The notes under the pieces are model-generated. The model had not been told where the DNA came from, did no database searches, and was given only the letters and a program-made list of their open reading frames with translations. The position numbers were made by a program, and so were the translations under genes. From Fistulifera solaris (lineage: Eukaryota), in the NCBI GenBank assembly GCA_030295235.1, contig AP026144.1, positions 372,001-436,000 of the forward strand: a DNA stretch of 64,000 nucleotides, given 5' to 3'. Positions 23,665 to 35,645 of this stretch are shown in pieces; within the stretch, counting starts at the first letter, position 1, and each line of letters begins with the position of its first letter.

Positions 23665-24656
23665 TGCTTTCGTTTTTCGTCTTTTAGTCAAGCAAAAAAT
23701 ATGAGTGCAACAACTGCCGTGTCCGATGAACGTTTGAGGCGCGAATGGATGTAGGTTGACCGATACTCCGTTCCGTCAACGGTATCAAGAAAAAAATTTG
23801 GATAAATAACACGGTCTGCATTATAGTGCAACGGTCCTCGCACATGGCTATTTATCGTACTATTTTAGCGAGACAGAAAGTACCAGTTTCTGTTTCAACT
23901 CCGACCTGAAACTCCAACGCACGCGGAGCTCGTAAACAAGCTACTATCACGCAACGTGTAGGCGGGACTTCTCCCCGACTGAAATTCAGTCACGAGACAA
24001 TCATCGAGTTTTCCGACCTATTATTTCCTCTTGTTTAGACTAAGAGTCCGTGTTATGTTCTACGACTATAAATCGACATACCTAAATAGTAAAGTTTGCA
24101 TTACACACCTGGAGCGGATCAATTTGGGATGAAAATGGACTATATGTAAAAAAGTTTTTTCATGACCCTACCTGGTATTGTCATTCTCTCGCCAGAGCAT
24201 GAGCCCAACCAAGCATTTGTAAGCTGTAATTTCTTGAATCACTAGTACCAGTACCATTTGTCATAGCAATGTTTAAAGTCATATATTTTTACAAAAACTC
24301 GGCGAAGGAGGGCTCCTGCGAGCAATAGCAACGTGTGAAGTGTACGCTTGACACGACTACGTTTCAGTCATGAGTCATGAATCAACTTTTATTCTATACT
24401 ACTTTTTCTGTTGATGAGGCTTAACCCACAATAGAAAAAACTTGTCGTCAACTTGCATTCTCCAGTGTTTCTTCGCGCTTTTTCACATGCCCTAAAACAG
24501 CAACCGCTTCGATTGCTACTTTAAGACTGCTAAATACAGGTAAGAATCGTTTTCGTTTTGGCTGGAGCGACAGCGGCAAGTCGAATATTTACAATCCCAC
24601 GATGCTTATGTACATGCACAGTGCGGTTGGTGTGAGGTCGCTGTCGGTAAGTCGTG

Positions 24657-26013
24657 CTAATTGAAGCCTATGAAGAGCAGGATCATACCAAAACCAAATC
24701 GTGCAAAGCTTTGAACAGAGGATGACACAGGAAATTCATCCAAAAGATCCGAAACAACCGAAGGAGATGCTGGCTTTGTTTCGTTTTTCGTTTTTGGTGA
24801 TCCGGTGGGGACAAGAGACGGTGCTAGTGAAGCCAAGGCGGATGGCACCAGGGACGGAACCTCCGAAGGCACGGCGGAAGGTGCCAAAGAGGGTGCCTGC
24901 GAAGGCACGAAAGAGGGCTGATCCGAAGGCAATAAACTCGGAGCTTGGGACGGAAATGGTGAAGGGACATTGGATGGTGAAGATGTTGGAAATGAAGTGG
25001 TCAATGGGGTTGATGATGGAGATGAAGTTGCCTGCCATAAGGCCGTACTCTCGGAAGGCATGTCTGTGAAGCCAAAGATACGCATTAGTGCTGAAAAATG
25101 GAAGCACATTTGTACTGCGTTTCAGTTCTAACGTACCTATTGGTATTTGGGAGCTCTCAGAAATGCTTTGTGAGCAATCAGAAGGCGGGTTGTCGGTTCG
25201 AGTGCACAGGAATTCATCAATCCAGTCAACGTAACTGCTGATGCGTGTGTAAACACCTGGCAGGTTCGGCCTAGCACATCCTATTCCGAAAGACACGATC
25301 CCATATTGGAGATTCGTATCCTGTGCGTCCACCAACGGACCTCCCGAGTCACCACCACAGGAATCTTGGCCGCCTTCGGGGTAGCCGGCACAGAGATGAA
25401 TATCGGAGACAAACAATCCTGGAAGCAACATCTCACATGTACTTTGGTCGACGATTTCCAGAGTTGCCTGCTTGAGCTCTGTCGAAATATTTCCCCCTTC
25501 GGATGTCAAACCGAATCCCATGATAGTAGCTGGCGTTCCGGCTGGAGGAATGGTGCCGTTCCGATCGAGTTGCACGACTTGAGCATTCACAACGGGGGTG
25601 GCTAACTTGATTAACATGATGTCATTCAGCTCCGGACCTGGTGTGTATTCAGGATGGGGGAAATTGTATTCGATGGGATAGAATTCGGATGTGCTATCGT
25701 AACCCATCCAATCCAGCGTACGGAGAATGACCCCGGTGCTATATGCTTTCACACAATGGGCTGCACTGAGGACAACTTCGGGATGTATCAAAGAACCACC
25801 ACACAAATCACCATCAACACCATGCACATAATATGGGAACACATCCGCACTTGCAACGAAGTCACCTCCCACGATTCGCGGCGTGATGGCAAATGTATCG
25901 TTCCCAATTTTCAATGTCGAAGACAGACCTCGCGGTTCACCTTTACTCATCGCGCCCAGCGAAGCTATCACACCCAACCAAGGACAACACGATAACCAGA
26001 TCAGACGCCTCAT
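24657..26013 (-). CDS. Trypsin-like serine protease (S1) with PS-rich stalk and GPI-like C-terminus
   Basis: Signal peptide, activation site R-IVGG, SAAHC, NDIML and QDSCGGDSGGP. A GT-AG intron at 25136-25064, with a cactaat branch site, joins it in frame to the PSxxPS stalk and hydrophobic tail. Confidence 0.93.
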
Positions 26014-27158
26014 CGTCACAACAGCCTGGACGAAAAAAAGAAATGAGTCGATTTTTCGCACGATATAATGGGTGTGCGTTTTCTCCTACCGACGACTTCC
26101 GAGTGAAAAGGGAACGCAACGCGCAGCTCGTGCCTGGTGCTAGAGCAATAATTCCACCTCAACCCCAACAGGAAGCAACAGTGATTCAGATGATAGTGTA
26201 AAACAACAATACTACTTTATATCTATATAGATAATCTTTGGTCTAGCGATGTGAGTGGGTTGACCTGCCTTGTACTTAAGAACTTATCGCGCTCTATTCT
26301 CAGTTGGAGGGAGTTTTTTCGCCTTCCGCCTTGCGCTATTTGCTTGCTTTAGTTTTCACATCCAAGTCAGTCACGTCTTTCCTACTTTGACCAAGCGTAT
26401 TATGCGAAATGTTGAGAGCGACTTGCCGTTTACGAAGCCACTCATCATGATCTCTTTGTGACTTGCCTCAAGGCAAGCGAATCATCGGCGTAACGTACAA
26501 GGGAAACCCCCTTTAAAGTCATATCATTTTCCATTACCACAGCATATTATGCAGCACAAGCTTCTTGATGATTCTTGAACAGTAACATGTGTTACCAGAT
26601 GCGGGAAAGACTACGTTCATTGCTAGACTGGCTAAAGTGTCGTTGTGTGCGAATTCAACCTAGCTCGCTTGAAATGGGAGTTCCTGTTTCACACATATAT
26701 CAGGAAACGATGTGCTTTGGAGTAACACTTTCACTTGGATTGTGTTGTCAATGTCAGAATAACTTCATGAGACAACTCTAGTCGAATGGCAATCTGGCTC
26801 AGCCGGCGCAGAAACGAAACTGACGTGTAAGTCAAATCACCTCAGTACTTATACGGACATCCGCTTCGAGAGTCGATAGAGTCAGACATTAGTGGACACG
26901 GTCCAAGACAGACGATTCATTCACGGGCAGCCATCGAGATAGGCGACGAGAAGCGAGCGACGAGGAAAAGATGAAAGAAAAAGTTCGATGACGGTTGATG
27001 AAGTGAAAACATTCAAATGATTCATTCACTCCATAGTGGTCAACCACGAGACAATTGAGTGAAATAAGTGCTAGGCGAACGACAAGCCGGCAATCATCAA
27101 AGAACACTTATTGCTCTTGCACACCAATTATTGTTTCACAATTGCTTTATTGAAACAA

Positions 27159-30100
27159 ATGGAATTCATAATAAGACAACCAGTCTCACTTCTGTCACTT
27201 TCGCTTGTATCCTACGCTATTGTTATTGCTACGCCGCGCTGTCTAGCCTTCACCTCGCCGATCGGTGTGAGACATAGTGCATCCTCAAGCCACAAGCAAC
27301 CGAAAATTGCATCGTCGAGAGTTGATATCGACGCAATTTTTGGAAGTGCCAATCAGTCTACCGGAGGCGTGAGCTGGGGCGCCGACGATGATGACGGAGA
27401 TTATATCGATCCACAGAAAAGCCATCAAGATCGGGTTGCAGAGCTCTTACAAGAGGCTAACAAAGAATTTAAAGAAAGTAGAAGGCAAAAGAAGTGGGGG
27501 AAGTTCGCCAACATTACGAATGCAGATGAGCTGCGCAATGCACTACAGAAAGAAACGGAGCGAGTAGATGCCGAACACGAATTAAAAGCCAATATGGCAG
27601 CACTTTCTGGAGTAGAATACTCCGTGTTGGAGGCGAGGGAAACTGGATCCAGGGTATTCGACGAGGGTGGCAATGTTCACATTACTGCTGGGTCAAAGTC
27701 ATGGTTTGCTGAAGTCGATGATGAGCTAGAAAACGAATGGCAGGCTTTAACAGGCGATCAGGGTCTGGAAGTCCAGCTTGACGATACTTCCGGGAAAATT
27801 GTAACCAGAGACGCACTTGCTGGAGTTCGAGTGGGAAGTGCTGGTGGTTGGACCTTGGAGGTATTCCCAGGGGATTTTATCGTTCATCGAAAGTACGGGA
27901 TCGGCCGCTTTGAGAGGACTTGTCTTCGGCCAAAGACGAAATTAACACCGGAAGAAAAGAAAGCGCAAGAAGCCCGTCGAGGAGAGATTCTGTCGGCTGC
28001 ACTGAAAAAGATATCAGGTGGCGTTACTCCAAAAGATATTCAGGACATTAGGTCGAAGTTCGGTACGGATGAAGACACTGATCCCATTTCAAATCCGCAA
28101 TCTACCGTATTAGAAATATCGTACGCCGATTCAATAGTTCATGTACCTGTGGAACGAGCATACCGTATTAGTCGTTATCGAGCTGGAGATGCAGTTGTAA
28201 AACCAAAATTGTCCAGGGTTCGTGGAGAAGCTTGGGCTAAGGCGAAACGAAAAGTCGAAGACAACACGCTAGAGATTGCTCAGGATGTACTAGCTTTGTA
28301 TGCTACTAGAGAAATGCTTCAAAGACCCCCTTTCGATCCCTTACTAGAGGACAAAGTAAAACAATTTGAAAAAACATTCCCGTTTGAACCTACAGCGGAC
28401 CAGAAGAAATGCTTTGAGGATATTGAGAATGATATGGTTTGGAAAAGCCGCCCGATGGATCGGTTAGTGTGTGGTGATGTAGGTTTTGGAAAGACGGAAG
28501 TTGCATTTAGGGCCCTCTTTCGTACTGTGGTAAATGGAAAGCAGGCGGCATTTCTTGCCCCGACAGGTGTTCTTGCTGCTCAACACTATAAGAACATTGT
28601 TCAACGCATGGCTGGATTTGACGTCAACATATCTCTTCTTCGCGGAGGTATGACCCGAAACACCAAAGTCGGTCGAGAAATGCGAGAAGAAATTGAATCG
28701 GGAAAAATACAACTGATTGTAGGCACACATGCTTTGCTTTCGAATGATCTAAGATTCAAGGATTTAGGACTTTTAGTTGTTGATGAGGAGCAACGTTTCG
28801 GTGTGAAACAAAAGAGCGCCTCAAACTGATTTCCAGTGGTATCGACGTTTTGACACTTACCGCTACTCCAATCCCAAGAACTTTGCAGATGAGTCTTAGC
28901 GGAATCCGTGACACATCAACAATTCGATCGCCTCCTCCGATGCGAAAGTCTACAATCACTTATGTTCAAGATTTTTCGGAGGAGATGGTAGCAAATGCAA
29001 TTCAAACGGAACTTGACAGGGGCGGTCAGTGTTACTATGTTGTCCCCAGAATTTCTATGTTAGCGGATGCTGAGGCAATGATGGTCAAGCTTTTCCCTGA
29101 TATTCGCATCATTCAGGCTCATGGTCGTATGCAGAGAGGTGGTGCTGAGGAAAATGTAGCAAAATTCGCTGAAGGCAATTATGATGTGCTGCTCGCAACG
29201 ACTGTCATTGAAAACGGAGTAGACATTCCGTCGGTCAACACAATTATTGTGCAAAACTCGCAAGCCTTTGGTATGAGTACGCTTTATCAATTAAGAGGTC
29301 GCGTTGGGCGATCTAATCAGCAAGGCTATGCTTATTTCTTGCATCGCGAAGACTCGGTGACGGAGCAAGCTGCAATGCGATTGCAAGCGATTGGTGAGCT
29401 CTCTGAACTCGGAGCTGGTTTCGATGTTGCTAACCGAGATCTCGAAATCCGTGGAGCTGGTAGTCTCTTAGGGACAGAACAAAGTGGAATGGCTGCAAAA
29501 GTGGGTTTCGATCTGTATATGCGCATGCTTAAGAAGAGCATCCGTAAATTGAGAGGTCTCGATTTACCTGTTGTTCCCCGGACGAATATTCTGTTGGATA
29601 CTGGCTGCAATCCCAGCACCTTCAAGCTTCCACCAGATTTTATCCCTGACGAAAGCAAAAGACGTATCGAAGAAAGTAAAGCGCGATTGGCAGAAAGCAC
29701 TGCAGCGCTCGTGAATATCACCAGTTTGTGGAAAAGTGAATATGGCCAATTGCCAGTAAGCCTACAGTCGCAATTGAAAACAATGCATCTCCATGCATGC
29801 ACTCGTCGCTTAGGCATCGATCTGGTCGGATTTGTAGAATCAGACGAAGAGGGTATGTTCGATTGTATTCTCAGATCACCTGGTCTCAGGCCACGACATT
29901 GGGGCATCATTCTGTCGGAATCCCCTCGACCAGCTGCCCCGAAGGGTTTGGACGTAATCTTCCCCTCTCGTTTTACGCTCTCGGGTGAAGATGAGATGTT
30001 CCTAGGAGGAAAGAAGGTCGATTTGAAGCTGCTAATGGCGGAAGAACGTGTGAACGAAGAAGAGGAAGAGGAGGTATGGGACGCCATGGATCAAGAAGAA

Positions 30101-30391
30101 CAAGAAGCGTTGAGAGATATTGCTTCTGCGGTAAACGTGGAGAGCTTGGATGATATCGACATAGATCAGTATCCGCGATTTGTAATACGGAATTTTGAGT
30201 CCGAAAGCAAGGCCGTCGACGAGCTACTTAAGCTACTTCTTCCTATCTCTAAGGTAGTGTACGAGAAGCAAGAAGCGCAGGCAGAACAAGCAAAGGCGGC
30301 TGTGGAGCTGCGCAAGAAACAAGAATTTTTGCGAAATCGGAAGGCTACTATGGAAAAACTTGACATACAAAGAATGAACTTAGAATATTAG
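27159..30391 (+). CDS. mfd: Transcription-repair coupling factor (Mfd/TRCF), plastid-targeted
   Basis: RID motif PGDFIVHRKYGIGRF, MDRLVCGDVGFGKTEVA, DEEQRFGV, TATPIPRTL, QLRGRVGR and DLEIRGAG. Presequence CLA-FTSP. One indel at about 28810-28813. Confidence 0.95.
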
Positions 30392-30487
30392 TAAAAAATG
30401 TGAGCCAACTATCGTATAAACATTTTTGAATTCAGCAGTTAGTTGAACCAATATCGACGTCATGAATTTCGTTGTATCATTTCCTTG

Positions 30488-31291
30488 CTAGTGTTTGCAA
30501 AGTCTAATAAAGATTCCTGATGGCCGGTTGACTGAATGGACAACACCCACCTCTTTCAACCATTCAATCATAAGCTCAACAGGTATTGGACCCGTCAATT
30601 GCTTTAATGAATGCAATGATTTCTCCCCATAATAGCTTCTTTTGATATTCGCTACAAGCTTACCACGCGATTCTTGCCAAGCATTCAAGACAGTCCCCCA
30701 TTCTGGAAGCCAGAGCTGATAGGCGTGAAGCTCGTGGCTGGGCAAAACGACCTGGATCGTTTGCAACACTTCCATGACGCGCTTCGGTCCTCGTATACCC
30801 ACCAGTGGATCGCGACGGAATGAGTCTTCGACATCGGCTTCCCGAATATACCTCCCGGTCCAATCGCGCACGTGCTGAACAAACCATTCTACGACTTTCG
30901 TGATTTCGTTAGAGGAGTCTGTCGTTTCCTTGATTCCGTACCTTTCACGAGCATCGCGAACTCCCCGTATGTAGTCATGGGTGGCCAATAACACGGACAG
31001 AATCTCTTCCACGCCATCCTGTGAAGGAGCTCGTAGTTGGACCAAGGAACCGTTAACGTCTTTCGAATCCAAAAGGTCTTGTAATTCGCTACAAGTCGAT
31101 GAATCTCGCAATCGATTGTGTACTTGACATTCCAACACAGCTTTGAGATAGTGAGTAGTTTGTTCATGGTGCGGAGAATGCAAAATTGGTATCAAAATGC
31201 TCGTTTCCGGATTGTTTTGTAGTGCCTGTATTACCATCCAAGCATCCGATGGAAGATCCACAAGGGCATTATCATTCACGGTAGGCTCCAA
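30488..31291 (-). CDS. STK19-like winged-helix protein; 5' end unresolved and may extend toward 31511
   Basis: YQLWLPEWG..LNAWQESRGKLVANIKRSYYGE and the terminal GVVHSVNRPSGIFIRL parallel the STK19 C-terminal pattern as recalled (YW.A.PG.G...GR..V...VRK..Y.E...V.....SG.L.RL). Confidence 0.6.
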   Translation of the reverse strand: MEPTVNDNALVDLPSDAWMVIQALQNNPETSILIPILHSPHHEQTTHYLKAVLECQVHNRLRDSSTCSELQDLLDSKDVNGSLVQLRAPSQDGVEEILSVLLATHDYIRGVRDARERYGIKETTDSSNEITKVVEWFVQHVRDWTGRYIREADVEDSFRRDPLVGIRGPKRVMEVLQTIQVVLPSHELHAYQLWLPEWGTVLNAWQESRGKLVANIKRSYYGEKSLHSLKQLTGPIPVELMIEWLKEVGVVHSVNRPSGIFIRLCKH

Positions 31292-31963
31292 ACTATTAGT
31301 ATTTTGATTATCTTGAGCGACAGGTGCGCTTTCTGTGAAAAAAAGTCCTTGTAGGGATCCCTCTTGAAACAGTCGTGCACGTTTGAAAGCGTTGTTTCAA
31401 TTGCGGGTGTCGTCGTTTGATGACTACAACAGTTTTCTCCCGCGTACACTCTCCTATTCTTCCATTACGTTTCTGTAAACCTTTTTTTCTTTCAGTGTTT
31501 CTTTTGTCCATGATGGTTTTTATTTCGCCGCTTGCTTTGTGTTATTATTGCTTGCTTGTTGCGTTGCATTGGACGAAGAGTATTTTTATCAATTGGCTAT
31601 CCTACTGTGCGTGAAAGTGTAGGATCAACAATTCCAAGACTGATTTCAGTCATGACCAAAAGATTGCTCTCGTCTTTGTCATCCAGTTCCACTCCCCGCG
31701 ATCCTGCATTTCCCATGCGAACAGATGTTTCATAATCAAAGCTGCTTGAAATGTCAAACTACATTGGCAATGCACGGGTTGGTCATTGATGTTCGAAAAT
31801 CGTCCCAGATAGTAATACGCCTCTTGCTTATCACATGCTCATATGCCATTCAAGCTCGTCAAACTAGCTAAGATCATTTACTGTTTGTTATCTACGCCTA
31901 AAATTCGAGCTTTCTCATCTTCCACCTTACCATCCTGTACTCATCACGGCAAAGTTCCTTCCC

Positions 31964-32422
31964 TTACCACCAACCCAGGATTCCTGCCGCAACGGAAATA
32001 GTGGCAAAAATAGATCCAAAGTACCCAATAAATTTAATGGCTCCACCTTTCGCGTAACGTGCCATCTTGACATCCTTACTCATGTCCTTGTAGCCCAACA
32101 AGTAAAGATAACAACCCGTACTATACATGACAGAGCACGCGGTACAGGTAATCGGATGACGCAGACCACCAATCAATGTCGCAATCGCAAACGTTCCCAA
32201 AGATTCGAACATGTTCTGATGACCGCGCTGGACGCGATTGAATTCATCCGCACGCTTGTGAAAACCCGGTGTAGCATAAAGATTCGGGTACGGAACATCG
32301 CATTCCTTGCGTGCCGTCATAACAGAACCGCCCATGATGGTAGGAACAAGAAACATACTTCCCACGACGGTAGAAAGAATCACATAGCCGTAGGTATCGG
32401 GAACTGTAATAGAGACTGTCAT
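31964..32422 (-). CDS. MAPEG family microsomal glutathione S-transferase (MGST3-like)
   Basis: YGYVIL...V..ARK...VPYPNLYA...FNRVQRGHQNMFE, with four hydrophobic segments. Confidence 0.92.
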   Translation of the reverse strand: MTVSITVPDTYGYVILSTVVGSMFLVPTIMGGSVMTARKECDVPYPNLYATPGFHKRADEFNRVQRGHQNMFESLGTFAIATLIGGLRHPITCTACSVMYSTGCYLYLLGYKDMSKDVKMARYAKGGAIKFIGYFGSIFATISVAAGILGWW

Positions 32423-33083
32423 GTTGATGTTGGCGCAAAAGATGTCAACAATTCGTTGTGCTGAAAGGTATTGCCACTTTTTGCGAATGAATACTTACAA
32501 AGATTCAATTGCGCGAACTGCACCGTGTTGCACGCAGCACGCAGCACGCACACAGCGGATCTTTTTTCGCAAGAAGCACGAAGAATTCATTCGACGTCAT
32601 ATCTCATGATTGCAATTCAGTCTTGTCGGAAAACGAGAACTCTCTACGCTATAATAAAGTGAACGATCCAGAACTATTGCGACGCCAATTGTTCAACTTT
32701 TTCTTATCCTGACTGTAAAAACCTATAATCAATTACTACGTTTATTTTTCAGCATTCAAGCAACGTAGAACGGGGAGGAACGCGATTGACCATTGCGGAA
32801 GCGAGAAATACATTAATGGCGAGACTTTTTCTCGTGACTAATTTTTTTATCCAGTGTTGACCAACAAGAAAATTTTTCACATGCAACTGCAACTTCAGCT
32901 TGTCTTGGACTTCATCAAGTAGAGGAGAGAAAGTTAATTGCTTGATATTATTCAAAATGATTAGCATAGGGAGGTAGCTGTCAACGCTAGTTCTTTCAAA
33001 CAGAGGTGTGCATTCTCCTTTCCGCGGCCGTGTTTTCCAAGATAATTTAAGAAACAATAATTGATGAAAAAGTCTAGTATAAT

Positions 33084-33830
33084 TTACAGTTCCGTGAGGT
33101 ACACAGGTTCGCGTCGGATGGTCGTCCCATTTTGCTCCATACTGATGGGATGTACTTGGCCTGGTTTCGACGACAGAGTTTCTACTTGTTCCAGTAGTAA
33201 GCGCATAGAAGGGGAGTACTGCTTTGGTGGGGATTCTTCATCATCGATCCCATCCTCCAAAGGCACCTTTCGTTCCTTGGTGGGGCTCGATTCGGGAGGC
33301 ATGGTCACGGGAGCGCGGGGAGGCATGACATTATCGGCCAAGACGGCTACCGAAAGATCCTTAGGTACGTGGTGCTCCTTTTTCGAATTCATCAGAGAGA
33401 CCGGCAACGGAATGGTTAACACCGATTTTCCTCCGGTAGCTGTACTTCGTGATGCCGCGCTGTCCATGACCGAACTCGCGGAATCGTGCGGGAGATTGTT
33501 GGTGGTGTCGAGAGATGGTTTGCTGCTTTTCACGTGTATTTTCTTTTGTAAAAGGGTGGAACGGATGATCATCGTGACGATCACGCATGTGCACAGGAAG
33601 AAAGCGGATACCATGGCAATGATAGCAAGATATATAAAGAGCTCTTTGTTGTCGTTTTCGTCATCGTCTTGTCCTTGCTGAGCGCCAAAGATACCAGGGT
33701 TGTCGATGTTGTTGACGGAGAGATCAATGGGTTGCCCCTGAAGACTCTCGGGTGCGTCTTCTTCGAGACGTCGGTGGACGGCATGGAGAAGAGTTTCGGA
33801 ATATCCGCGGAGCCTTCTCAATTCAATCAT
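33084..33830 (-). CDS. Hypothetical single-pass membrane protein
   Basis: 248-aa ORF with one TM segment (LFIYLAIIAMVSAFFLCTCVIVTMII) and a low-complexity tail. Start uncertain. Confidence 0.6.
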   Translation of the reverse strand: MIELRRLRGYSETLLHAVHRRLEEDAPESLQGQPIDLSVNNIDNPGIFGAQQGQDDDENDNKELFIYLAIIAMVSAFFLCTCVIVTMIIRSTLLQKKIHVKSSKPSLDTTNNLPHDSASSVMDSAASRSTATGGKSVLTIPLPVSLMNSKKEHHVPKDLSVAVLADNVMPPRAPVTMPPESSPTKERKVPLEDGIDDEESPPKQYSPSMRLLLEQVETLSSKPGQVHPISMEQNGTTIRREPVYLTEL

Positions 33831-33949
33831 TTTGCTGATTGCGCACCTCTTTTGAGACTGTTGAACCTTCTATCACTCTTCCTTGATCGATCAGAGCCGT
33901 CTGTTGTGCTTTGAGACTACGATTCCTGTCGAGAAATAATAACAATACA

Positions 33950-34034
33950 CTGGGAGACACGGGAACGCACCTCTGCTTGGTACATTTCTCTACGGGGGCC
34001 TACGCGAAAGTACACAATTTCCCTCACCGTCCTG
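33950..34034 (-). repeat. 85-bp dispersed non-coding element, copy B (inverted relative to copy A)
   Basis: Reverse complement matches 15582-15666 at 77 of 85 positions. Confidence 0.9.
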
Positions 34035-34717
34035 GGAGTTGATTTTATTGGAGTCGTAAAGACAGTATCATGGACGATCGGTTGGTGGAACGAATGAAAG
34101 GAGGCAAGTGAAAAATTTCATCCTCTCCGCCGCGCGCTGAAACCGCCAATGAAACACGTAATTTATGTCACCACGGATCTTTGCAACGGAAATTTCGAGC
34201 CTAATTAGCTGGAAATAGACGTTGGCACATTGATACGGTATTGAATTGTTACTACACTTTACTATGGAAAATCTGTTTCGTGGACTAACATTGGATTATG
34301 AGTCACTGTATTGCGGCGACGCGACACGCGACACGCAACACTTGACCCGTAAATCTCAACCTCAACCCTAAATCAAAGCATAATCTCTTGTGAATTGCAT
34401 TGGGCCTTTGATATTTGATATGCCTTTTAACTAAGGGGGCGCGCCAGTTTGGGTAGTTAGATAACGATCGACAATTACGAATGAATAATCATCATCAATC
34501 ATCATACTATCATACTTCTTTATCAACCGTGTACCGTTACGAGTTTGTCGCACGAGTCATTGAAGAAGACACATGGTCGAAAAGTTTTCGGTCACTTCTG
34601 TTGGCATGGGTCTTTTGCCTTCAGGATTTTGACATGCACCTCATTCGTTCTCTTGTATCGGAGTTTGCAAAGCGTTTACCTGATTATCGTCCATTATCTT
34701 ACCAAGAGTGTATAAAG

Positions 34718-35434
34718 ATGCTTTCCAAACTTTTTGTTCTCGCACTAGTTGCCGCCGTCGCTCGAGGCGAAAGGTTTCAGTTCAATTACAACGAAGCTGT
34801 TCCTTACGTAGAAAACCAACTCGGTCAGCGCTTCATGCAAGTTACGCAGCCAGAATGCAACCCTGCTGGTTCTCTCTTTGTCTGTGAAAATGTCGGAACG
34901 ACGGTACGAGATACTGCGGGGAACTCGGTAGCCATTACTGCTACCTTGGTTTGCAGTTTCTCTCCGTTGGTTCAGGTCGATTTCCGACAGGCCGAGGGCT
35001 GCAGCTGTGAGGCGCAAGTTGCCACGGCGGACGGGGGATCCAAAAAGTGTGCTTGCACTCTTTGCCCGGCTGGCTATGGTGATAATCCCATCAGTATTGA
35101 TTGTGATATGAGCAACACGACGGCTACCAACATGACGGATACCAACGCCACGGGCGTCGACGCAGAAGGCGAAATGGAAGCCGTTGACCCCTTTATTCTT
35201 GACTCGTGCACGAGCTATGACTGTGATTTTAGATGCAATGGCACTTGCAAATTTGGTTGCGACGAAGTTCCTTTGCCGGAGGAGTGCTTCGAATTATGTG
35301 GAACACCTCAACCCACTGGGGCGCCAGCTGGTGGTGCTACCCAACCAACCTCGGGTGCGCCGACTCTTTCCACCATGTGGCTGTTCGTTTTCGGTCCTTT
35401 ATTTATGCTGATCAAATACCAGTATAACTACTAG
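34718..35434 (+). CDS. Secreted Cys-rich protein with a GPI-like or hydrophobic C-terminus
   Basis: Signal peptide MLSKLFVLALVAAVARG, about 14 Cys, clustered N-x-T sequons, and TSGA followed by a hydrophobic tail. Confidence 0.8.
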   Translation: MLSKLFVLALVAAVARGERFQFNYNEAVPYVENQLGQRFMQVTQPECNPAGSLFVCENVGTTVRDTAGNSVAITATLVCSFSPLVQVDFRQAEGCSCEAQVATADGGSKKCACTLCPAGYGDNPISIDCDMSNTTATNMTDTNATGVDAEGEMEAVDPFILDSCTSYDCDFRCNGTCKFGCDEVPLPEECFELCGTPQPTGAPAGGATQPTSGAPTLSTMWLFVFGPLFMLIKYQYNY

Positions 35435-35645
35435 TATAAAAAAGAGCTAGGTTATACCGTTTCGTCGCAATGTAAACGAATCGGATAGTAGGAATAGTAT
35501 TGTTACAGGAAACGAGAAATTTGACCGATAATAACTACGGAGTAGTATACATGGCGTTGTTAGTAATTTACAAAATTGAGTTTTTAATCCTTCCATTTGT
35601 ATATATCTTCGAAAGCATTCGCTTATTGAATGAACGGCGGTATGG

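Noticed and set aside
24657..25109. Separate small PS-rich gene
   Set aside because: It is the second exon of the trypsin gene, joined by the intron at 25136-25064.
34355..34371. Telomere-like ctcaacctcaaccctaa
   Set aside because: Only one true CCCTAA unit, which is consistent with chance.
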